From: Carpediemonas membranifera BICM
Taxonomy: Eukaryota; Protista; Fornicata
Direction of reading: 5' to 3'
Assembly (NCBI GenBank): GCA_019828565.1
Contig: JAHDYR010000007.1
Span: forward strand, 1 to 64,000
Length of the DNA: 64,000 nt
Shown here: piece by piece, positions 55,964 to 64,000 of the stretch
How positions within the stretch are numbered: position 1 is the first letter of the stretch
Layout: each line of letters begins with the position of its first letter
Notes under the pieces: model-generated
Told to the model about the DNA's origin: nothing
The model's input: the letters and a program-made list of their open reading frames with translations, nothing else
Database searches by the model: none
Position numbers and translations under genes: made by a program

Positions 55964-56490
55964 CTCGCGACACTCATAAGAGAGGATACGCCTTTAAGCC
56001 GCAGGTCACCATCGCGCCTCACCCGATGCATACCTGGGCCATCGATTTCCTCGGGCCCTTGCCCGAGGGAGACCACGGTGCTCGGTACGTGCTCGTCATG
56101 ACCGATTGCTTCAGCCGCTTCGTCGAGCTATACGCCACACCAAACTGCACCGCCGAGTCTGCCGCAGACGGCATCATCGCCCTGGCCGGACGGTACGGTT
56201 GCCCAGTCCACCTCCGCTCTGACCAGGGATCACACTTCACGGCCAAGCTCACCAAGCAACTCACTGAGGCCCTGCACGTGGACCACGACTTCGTCCTGCC
56301 GTACGACCACCAGTTTAACGGCATTATCGAGCGAGCCAACGGAGAAGTTAACCGCCACCTCCGTGCCGCCGTCGCCGAACTCCGAGACCGTCGCCTTTGG
56401 TACAGAGCGCTGCCACTGGTCCAGCACATTCTCAACAGCTCGCATCATGGCGCGGACGGGTTCGTCCCGGCTGAAATCATGTTCGGCAGC

Positions 56491-59400
56491 TGTCATGACG
56501 ACCTCATTTAATGATCAGTCTTATTTGGTCAATGATCTCAAACCTGCTTCTAAATTTCATTCTCTCAATTGTTTGGGTACCACAGTAATTACTGCATGCA
56601 TTTACCTGAAACAAAACTCAACAACGCCCCGTTCCTGCGAAAGGCCACCACCAAGTCGTGGTATACTTTCCGTCAAGACTACGAGCAGTATGCTGCCCGT
56701 GAAGCCGATCCGATCGTTGCCTTTGACCTAATCGAAACGCAGGTCCTAGAGGTTCTTAAGATCCGAATCCCTGAACTTGAGGGGTTCCTGGAGTACGCTA
56801 ATGAAACGCCGGATGAAGAGCCGGCCGATACCTCTGAACTCAACGAGGCCTTTATCACCATGGTAGACGAGCTGATGCAGCCTCTGGATGAGGTGGACGC
56901 TTTAGATCGCTTTAAGGACTTGTCGTGCGGCTCTGAGGGTAACCTCATTGACAACATGGCCGCGTATGCCCTGGCGTATAAGCGTCAAGTTCGTAACTGT
57001 TGTAAGGTTCGGCCCACGGAGAAGCTCATCGTCGATGCCTTTGTTGCTGGCATCAGGTACGGTCGCTTGAAGGAGCGAGTGAATGCTAAGAAGGCGAAGA
57101 CGCTTGACGAGACGATCGCCGAGGCATTCATCCAGGCCACGGAAGCAGAGAAGGCTCGCAGAGAGCACCAGCGTGTGGAGCGAGAGAGTGCGACCTCCGC
57201 AACGATGACTAAGGCTAAGGAGAAGTCGGAAACTGCTTGTGAGTACTGCCAGCGCAAGGGTCACACTGCTGATACGTGTTGGAAGCGTAAGCGTGACGAG
57301 CGTGAGGGAGTAAAGGGGCAGAAGTACGTTCATCTTAATGCTTTGGTCGCGGAGGACCGCGACAACAGACCCATTGGCGAGGTGGGCATCCTGGGGAGAG
57401 TGTTGGCGTTCCTTTATGACACAGGGGCCTCTACCGACTTTATATCCCAATCCCTCGTCAAAGAGCTCGGCCTAGTCGTCGAGCCCGACCATGCTAAGGT
57501 TAAGCTGGCCACTGGTACGATTTACAACTCACCCGGCATTGTTAAGTTGAGTGCAGATTTTGGAGTGTTGCCATCTACTGGGCGGAGAACTCAAGCTGCT
57601 CTCAATTTGCGGGTGCTACCCGGGCTGAAGCCGACATTAGTTATGGGAATATCGACATTAAGTGCGTTGGGGCTAATCACGATCGTCAAGCCGACGATGG
57701 AGAATTCTGGAGAGCCACACTTCGCGGAGCTTGATGAAGATGAAGTAGACGAGACGTTATTTACCCTTGCTGAAGCGGAGCACGAACTACAGATACGTAG
57801 CTTCCCTGAAGAGACTAATACCATCCTAAGCAAGTACAAAGACGTTCTCGGCGACATTTCGCAGCCAGCAGACGTTCCACCCTTCGAACTGGTTCTTACA
57901 AACCAGAAGGTTATCAACATCCCTCCATACCACGTCTCGGCTGAAGAAAGAGAGGATATGCAGCGCCAGACGGCGCAGCTGGAGGATCTGAATGTGATTG
58001 AGGAGTCTACGAGCAACTATAACAATCCTACGGTGCTTGTATGGAAGCGCGATCGCACCCGCAGGCTCTGCTTGGACTTTCGGCGCCTTAACGACGCGAC
58101 GGAGGACTTCGATCACGACCTCCCTATCATTGACGATCTGGTAGCAAGACTAGAGGGTAAGACCCTCTTCGCTAAGCTGGACCTAAGCAAGGCCTTTCAC
58201 CAGATTCCTATGACCAAGAGCTCACGCAGACTAACGGCGTTTACAGTTGGGAAGCGTAAGTATCAGTACAAGCGTTTAGCTTTCGGACTCAAAGGGGCCG
58301 CAGCCTTCTGTCAGAAGACCCTCGAATCCGTACTGGGCGATGCACTGTGGACACGGTGTCTCGCATATGTAGACGACATAGTAATATTCGGAGAGAACCA
58401 GAGAGAGTACCTCGACAATCTGGACTATGTCTTGAGAAAGCTCAACTCGGCCAAGTTGAAGCTGAATCTGTCCAAGTCTGAGTTCGGACTGACAGAAATA
58501 GAATACTTGGGCTGGCTTGTGAATGGCGACGGCAAGCGAATCGCGCCTGACCGCCTAGAAGGCATCGACCGCCTAACCAGCCCGAGAGATGTTGCCGGAG
58601 TCAGAACCTTACTCGGGTTCACGAACTATTTTAGCCATATGATTCCGAACTACGGCAATATGATGGAGCCAGTCCTGGCTCTGACGAGAGCCAAGGAAGA
58701 GTTCCGTTGGGAGAAGGCCCAACAAGATGCCCTAGTCGACATCAAAGCGACCCTATCTCAGAACAACATGTTAAGTCACCCCAAGCGTGGCTGCCAATTA
58801 ATCCTACAAACCGACGCGAGTGACTACGCTGTCGGGGCAGTTTTGTTACAGATCGAAGACGGGGAGGAGCGTCCGATTGCTTTCTATTCCAAGACACTAT
58901 CGGATGTTCAAAGAAGGTGGAGCACCTATGAAAAGGAAGGCTTCGGCATTTGTTACGCTATGATCAAGGCCGAGCGGTTCCTAGTAGGCAGGCCGTTTAC
59001 TGTGAGAACGGACCACCGGAATTTGCTGTATATCGCGACAAGCACGAACGCTAAGGTAACTAGATGGCGCATGGCACTGGAAAGGTTCGACTATTCCGTC
59101 GTACACGTGCCTGGTCAAGCGAACGGTGCTGCCGACGCGCTATCTCGCCTATGCGGTGCAACAGTCGAGGCAGATGATCACGCCACGTGGATCTCCGAGG
59201 TTCACGGAGGCATACACGGCCATCTCGGAGCGAGAGCGACGGTGAACAAGCTTATATCGCTCGGTAGGAGGTGGAGGGGCATGTATAAGGACGCAGAGGA
59301 GTTTGTCCAGTCGTGTCCTGTGTGCCAGGTCACGCGCAAGACGGCCAAGCCCGTCCAACACTTGCGCCACCGTACGGCAGGTCGCCTGCCGTTTGATGTC

Positions 59401-60835
59401 GTGCAGGTAGACACGATCGGACCCATCGCGGAGAGCGAGGGTCTGCGGTACGTGTGCGTGTTAATTGACACGTACTCGAAGCTAACTATGCTGGTCCCCA
59501 CGCGTTCGACGGACGCAGATGTCGCGGCAGGGGCAATTTTGGCCTGGGTGGGTCACTACGGAATTCCCCGGGTGATTCACAGCGACGGGGGCAGCCAGAA
59601 TAGAAATAAGCTGATTGACGCTCTAATGGAAAGGCTCGGGTCGCAACATCACGTCGGCACGCCTTACCGCCCGGGTTCTCAAGGAATAGTTGAGAGGGTC
59701 AACGCCGAGGTTAAGAGGCATCTAGAGACGCTAATGCTCGATCTGCAGGAGTTTAGATGGACGCGGCTACTACCTTTGGCTCAGTACATCATTAATTCAA
59801 CATCTGTGGCCAGGACAGGCCTATCGCCACTGAATTTGCTTTATAACCAAGACGTGGTCGTAAGACCAGAAGAGATCATGAGCAATGAGAGCAAGATGCC
59901 ATTTGAGGCCTTCAAGCGCAGCCTGGAACTACAGAGAGTCATCCAAGACCAGGCGCTGCAACAACAAACACCAGCAGAAGCATCGCACGTGGCCCTATCG
60001 AACAAGCCAGTGCTGGTAACGACCACTGTCGGCCGCCGCACGAAGCTGGCTGGGCCAATGTGGTGCCAGGGACCCGCAGAGTCACCGAACGTTTACTTCG
60101 TGGAGAACCTGACGACAGGCGTAGTGGCTAAGGTCCATGCCGAGCGTCTAAGGCATTTTGAGTCTGACGCGACAAGGGCTGAGTTGACACGGCTAGCGGC
60201 CCAGAGAGTTGACGAATATGTCGTAGAAGCGATCGACTCTCACAAATTTGAGGACGGCGTCCTTCACCTACATGTGCTGTGGGAGGGGTACCTCGAGGAA
60301 GAGGCGACATGGGAACGCTTCAACGCCGACCTTGATGAACTTAGGGCGTTTGAGGAGTACCTCGCAGACAAACCGAGTTTGCGCAGAAAACTCCGAGGTC
60401 AAAGGAAATTAGCTTCCTATAGGCAGCGCTAATAACCAACGGCTCATCAAAAAGCCATTTTGGGGTTTTGCCCAGTTGGTGACCGCAGCCTAGGGGGGGA
60501 AGAGCAGAACGTTGGAATCTAGTTACTGATATTGGTTATTTCTTATGTTCTACACCATTCTGTGCGCTATTTGTTCGTTTAGAACAGCGTTCTTCAGACT
60601 ATTGTGCTCAATTGCGTTTTTGACTTCACTGGAGTCGGTCTGGCGGGTTTTGCATTTCGCCGGACTTGAACCGTTAGAATTTTTGCTGACGGTTGGGAGG
60701 CACGTTTGAGCTTGTGGACGGTTTGGGATCATGGGGGGAAGTGTCATGACGACCTCATTTAATGATCAGTCTTATTTGGTCAATGATCTCAAACCTGCTT
60801 CTAAATTTCACTCTCTCAATTGTTTGGGTACCACA
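56491..60835 (+). mobile_element. complete Gypsy chromodomain element I (4345 bp), relative of H
   Basis: 94-bp LTRs 56491-56584 and 60742-60835 (1 mismatch); 5-bp TSD GCAGC; PPT ATGGGGGGAAG. Confidence 0.97.
56596..60432 (+). CDS. intact gag-pol polyprotein of I
   Basis: single ORF; CCHC knuckle, YDTGA, YVDD, TDAS, integrase, chromodomain. Confidence 0.95.
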   Translation: MHLPETKLNNAPFLRKATTKSWYTFRQDYEQYAAREADPIVAFDLIETQVLEVLKIRIPELEGFLEYANETPDEEPADTSELNEAFITMVDELMQPLDEVDALDRFKDLSCGSEGNLIDNMAAYALAYKRQVRNCCKVRPTEKLIVDAFVAGIRYGRLKERVNAKKAKTLDETIAEAFIQATEAEKARREHQRVERESATSATMTKAKEKSETACEYCQRKGHTADTCWKRKRDEREGVKGQKYVHLNALVAEDRDNRPIGEVGILGRVLAFLYDTGASTDFISQSLVKELGLVVEPDHAKVKLATGTIYNSPGIVKLSADFGVLPSTGRRTQAALNLRVLPGLKPTLVMGISTLSALGLITIVKPTMENSGEPHFAELDEDEVDETLFTLAEAEHELQIRSFPEETNTILSKYKDVLGDISQPADVPPFELVLTNQKVINIPPYHVSAEEREDMQRQTAQLEDLNVIEESTSNYNNPTVLVWKRDRTRRLCLDFRRLNDATEDFDHDLPIIDDLVARLEGKTLFAKLDLSKAFHQIPMTKSSRRLTAFTVGKRKYQYKRLAFGLKGAAAFCQKTLESVLGDALWTRCLAYVDDIVIFGENQREYLDNLDYVLRKLNSAKLKLNLSKSEFGLTEIEYLGWLVNGDGKRIAPDRLEGIDRLTSPRDVAGVRTLLGFTNYFSHMIPNYGNMMEPVLALTRAKEEFRWEKAQQDALVDIKATLSQNNMLSHPKRGCQLILQTDASDYAVGAVLLQIEDGEERPIAFYSKTLSDVQRRWSTYEKEGFGICYAMIKAERFLVGRPFTVRTDHRNLLYIATSTNAKVTRWRMALERFDYSVVHVPGQANGAADALSRLCGATVEADDHATWISEVHGGIHGHLGARATVNKLISLGRRWRGMYKDAEEFVQSCPVCQVTRKTAKPVQHLRHRTAGRLPFDVVQVDTIGPIAESEGLRYVCVLIDTYSKLTMLVPTRSTDADVAAGAILAWVGHYGIPRVIHSDGGSQNRNKLIDALMERLGSQHHVGTPYRPGSQGIVERVNAEVKRHLETLMLDLQEFRWTRLLPLAQYIINSTSVARTGLSPLNLLYNQDVVVRPEEIMSNESKMPFEAFKRSLELQRVIQDQALQQQTPAEASHVALSNKPVLVTTTVGRRTKLAGPMWCQGPAESPNVYFVENLTTGVVAKVHAERLRHFESDATRAELTRLAAQRVDEYVVEAIDSHKFEDGVLHLHVLWEGYLEEEATWERFNADLDELRAFEEYLADKPSLRRKLRGQRKLASYRQR

Positions 60836-61589
60836 GCAGCCGCGCCGATACCAACCGTGTCCTACTCTCTCCTCCCCAAGAGGGGGTGGGGGAGCTCCAT
60901 ACCTACATGAAGGAGCTCCTGGAAGACCAGCGACGCCTTATCCAGGCTATGCCCGACGCCAGGGCACAGGCACATGACGATGTCGATCCCACTTACCTGC
61001 CTAACGCCGGTGACGCAGTTGTTGTGACCCGCCCGGATCACCTGCGTCCTTCCAAACTCTCGTCGCTCTACATGGGCCCTTACACGATCCAAGAAGTCCA
61101 CGCCGACCAAGCCTTCGTCTCCCTCCTCAACCTCCGCACGGACAAGCTGGAGACATTCCATCTGTCCAGGGTCTTCCCCTTTAACGGCCAATACTCCAAC
61201 GCCGACCTCCGCGACATCGCCGCACGCGACCCCCAGGAGTACACCGTTGAGGCCATTGTCGACCACCGTCTCGGCCGCCGCCGCCGCCAACACCGGTTCC
61301 TCGTCCGCTGGGCAGGGTATTCCGCCGACTTTGATGAATGGCTCCCGTATGCCGAGGTCCGCGACCTCGCCGCGCTCGACGCCTACCTCGGACCATCCCG
61401 GTCTCCAGCTCTAAGCGAGTAGTGTTATAAGCGAGGAGTATCGAGCTGTTGCCCGGGGTGTTTACGTGTTACATATGTAATATGTAATTCCCCGGGGTTG
61501 ATTCGCTCCTGTGATTTGGTCTCGCCCGGTCAAATTCGACACCCTTGTGTCGAATTTTAAATCACTCTTCGCCAGCTTTGCCTTTGTTG

Positions 61590-61960
61590 TCTCCGTTCGC
61601 GAGAACAGAGTGTAGTTCTTGTCGGATGTGTCTGTGCCTTCGGCCTTGAGTTCGAGGGCAAATGACTCCTCAATGAGGACGGACAGTGGGATGCTTGGGT
61701 TTTGTATAGTAAAAATCGTTGCTCGGCGCTCAAACACCTCAAGAGTCTCTAGTGTTAGATTTGAAGGAGAAAGCTCAGGAATTTGAACAGTTAACGACAT
61801 CAGCACAGCTAATACTAGTATTGTCGGTTGAAATCATTTACAGTAAACCGCAGCGCGGTAAAAGTGGTCAAAACTGGACGAGCAGTTTATAGGCCAGGCC
61901 GTTCCTGGCGTGCGGTGCCCATCGCCGCGGAGCCGCAGACCTACGTAGCTGCGGAGAGCA
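61590..61960 (-). mobile_element. Gypsy J 5' fragment (LTR end 61822, palindrome, gag start about 61800)
   Basis: ...CCGACA|ATACTAGTATT then ATG and a gag-like N-terminus; outer limits uncertain. Confidence 0.55.
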
Positions 61961-62210
61961 GCACAGAGAGTGTGTGGTCTACAAGTCGAACCGAGTCGAA
62001 CCGCTTGTTGGTCAAGTCATATCATCACCATAGTCCATGCAGCGTGAGATTTTGTCGTTCATGCTGCCATATGTCGTGACAGCTGCTCAGATCATCATGG
62101 GAACACGATGGTGATGGGCCTCTGATCTCCTATGGCGGTAGGGGTCTCCCGGCCATCGTCTGTGCCCGTTTACATATATTCAGTGCATTAACATAACAAG
62201 TATACCGTCC

Positions 62211-64000
62211 TCACATACCGGCACCCGATCCCAGCTGGACAATATTCCGCAGCACGCTTTTGGACCTCTCGGCCTCTTCCACAGCTGCCCTCGCTGTCTC
62301 CTCAGCCCTTGCTAACGCGGCCTTGGCATCAGTGTGACTCATCTGAAGGGCCCAGAGTGATTCATTGGACTCATTCAATGCCAGCTTTGCTGCTGCAAGG
62401 GAGCCGGAGAGATTCTGATTCACTCCGCGTAGGTCTGCCACCTGCCTTGTGAGTTCGGCCATCTTGTTCTCCAACTCTGCCGTCCTCTCCTTTGCCTGGA
62501 CGTTCTCCCGCTCTAACCGGCCTATCATAGGTCTCAGCCTGCCGACCTCGCCCTCTGCCAGTGATCGCATCCGCCTCTCATCCTCGAAGGCGGACCGGGC
62601 CTGCCTGAGCTCTACCTGCGTGCCCTCGAGTGCCTCCTCCAGCACCGAAACCCTGGTCTCGCTGTCCTTAGCGTCCTGGGCGAGTCGGTTGGCCTCAGCA
62701 ACAGCCATGGCAAGGGTGCCGGACATCTCCTTTTCCTTAGACTGCACTGACTCCAGTGACTCAGTGAGTGAGTCATTTGACTGCTTCATATTGTCCAGCT
62801 CAGCCCGCAGTCTCTCATTGACGGACCGCTCTCGGTCAAGCTCAGCGGACAACATTGTGATGCTCTCCATTTCATTCTCTGCGTGCAATCGAGTCTCATT
62901 GAGAGTGCCCTGCATCTCCATCAGCTGTGCATGTGACTGTCTCAGCTCATTTCGTGCTGTCTCGAGCTCGGCTAAAGTTGTCGTGTGTTCATCATCCTTA
63001 AACTGCACCTCGGCTTGAGTTCTTTGGATGAGATGTCGAGCCTCGTCCAGCTCAGCCAGGGCCCTGCTATGGGCCATGGCGTGGGATTTGAGCGATTCAA
63101 CCTCTCTCCTGAGTTGATCTTGACTTGACCAACAATCAGTGGTGGCTTCGACGATAGCCAGCGAGGTTCGGGCAATGAGGTCAGACATACCATCATGTGG
63201 CTGCGTCACGTGTATCTCACTGATTATCTCAAGAGCTCTGGAACACGCTGAAGCGCTACACCCCAGGGCGAGGGTCCGACCGGCGATGGAGGCGAGAGCT
63301 GCGGTGTATCTCCGGTCTGCCGCACCAAGGGGCCCCGCACCATTGCTCGCAGCCAGCGGTGCGGCATGGACCGCCCATGACACGAGACACCTCTCGGCCT
63401 GGATGTTGCGGTGGCCTCGGTGGAGAATGAGCTGACTGATCCGCTCGCATAGGTCAAGGATGGTCTGCCCGGTAGTCGAATCGATCGGAGTTGAAGTTGG
63501 AGCGACCACTGCTAGCCTACATGTGTCCGCGGCGTATTTCAGAATGCTCAGCTGCGGGGGATCTGGGGTTAGTGTCAGATTTGACTGGAGAATCTCAGTC
63601 ATCGCATCTTTAGATACGGAAAACAAATCCATGGCCACGGATCTGATACTATCAATAACAGATTCGGCGATGGCAGCCAAGAACTCTGCGCTGGCGTAGG
63701 CCACTGCGGCATTTGTCCCGCTCAACGGCAGCATCGCGTGCCGTATGACAGTTTCCACGACCCCCTGAGCCCTGACTACGATAGAGACAGGCTCACTGGT
63801 CGGTTGCAGTCCAGCCAGGTGTGTAAGGAAGTTGAGTCGACTAACAGTGACTTCAGCCAAGTCAGTGTCACTATCCGCTGTGACAGGTTCCAGGGCCTCT
63901 ACCATGGTATGTGCTAAGTGGTTGACATCGACACACTTAGTGAGGGCATCTGCTGTCTCTGTGTCGCGTATTAAGCGCCTGACAATGACAGCGGTTGGTT
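62211..64000 (-). CDS. host gene, helical N-terminal region plus long coiled coil (5' end beyond window)
   Basis: 564-aa ORF, frame stays open to the window end; heptad-rich C-terminal half; no TE motifs. Confidence 0.8.
   Translation of the reverse strand, partial: PTAVIVRRLIRDTETADALTKCVDVNHLAHTMVEALEPVTADSDTDLAEVTVSRLNFLTHLAGLQPTSEPVSIVVRAQGVVETVIRHAMLPLSGTNAAVAYASAEFLAAIAESVIDSIRSVAMDLFSVSKDAMTEILQSNLTLTPDPPQLSILKYAADTCRLAVVAPTSTPIDSTTGQTILDLCERISQLILHRGHRNIQAERCLVSWAVHAAPLAASNGAGPLGAADRRYTAALASIAGRTLALGCSASACSRALEIISEIHVTQPHDGMSDLIARTSLAIVEATTDCWSSQDQLRREVESLKSHAMAHSRALAELDEARHLIQRTQAEVQFKDDEHTTTLAELETARNELRQSHAQLMEMQGTLNETRLHAENEMESITMLSAELDRERSVNERLRAELDNMKQSNDSLTESLESVQSKEKEMSGTLAMAVAEANRLAQDAKDSETRVSVLEEALEGTQVELRQARSAFEDERRMRSLAEGEVGRLRPMIGRLERENVQAKERTAELENKMAELTRQVADLRGVNQNLSGSLAAAKLALNESNESLWALQMSHTDAKAALARAEETARAAVEEAERSKSVLRNIVQLGSGAGM

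Larger units (their letters stand above)
55964..61590 (+). mobile_element. Gypsy L 3' part (integrase-chromodomain, putative 3' LTR from about 61447), interrupted by I
   Basis: integrase 56026-56490 continues in frame at 60841-61422 (YMGPY, YTVEAIVDH...LVRWAGY); LTR-type hairpin at 61532-61557. Confidence 0.85.

Noticed and set aside
54362-56101. LINE-integrase fusion gene
   Set aside because: The LINE frame runs out of frame into the Gypsy integrase and stops; it is a deletion breakpoint.
124-63699. Numerous 60-250 aa shadow ORFs overlapping TE genes
   Set aside because: Expected in GC-rich coding DNA; no motifs or independent conservation.

Overview
Eukaryotic (probably protist; organism not determinable here) retrotransposon island. 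About 62 kb of nested elements end at a single host coiled-coil gene (62211 to beyond 64000, minus strand). Three element classes are present. (1) At least eight insertions or fragments of Ty3/Gypsy chromodomain-type LTR retrotransposons with very short LTRs (61-134 bp); four are complete with both LTRs and target-site duplications (TSDs): H 17212-21494, B3 30154-36100, C 43894-49929, I 56491-60835. (2) Four families of tyrosine-recombinase (YR; DIRS order, split-direct-repeat PAT/Ngaro-type) retrotransposons, two of which (G, E) sit directly beside a convergent tRNA-Tyr/tRNA-Cys pair (27811-27883 +, 41421-41493 -). (3) APE-type LINEs with (TTTC)n tails. Letters A-L are my own labels. Most striking signal: at all eight visible 5'-LTR/internal boundaries the tRNA primer-binding site is replaced by a perfect 10-12 bp palindrome. 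Its sequence differs between families by compensatory changes, suggesting tRNA-independent, possibly dimer-mediated priming. Second, three Gypsy families carry an antisense accessory ORF ending in a second, divergent chromodomain. Third, the YR elements appear to target tRNA-gene flanks and themselves.
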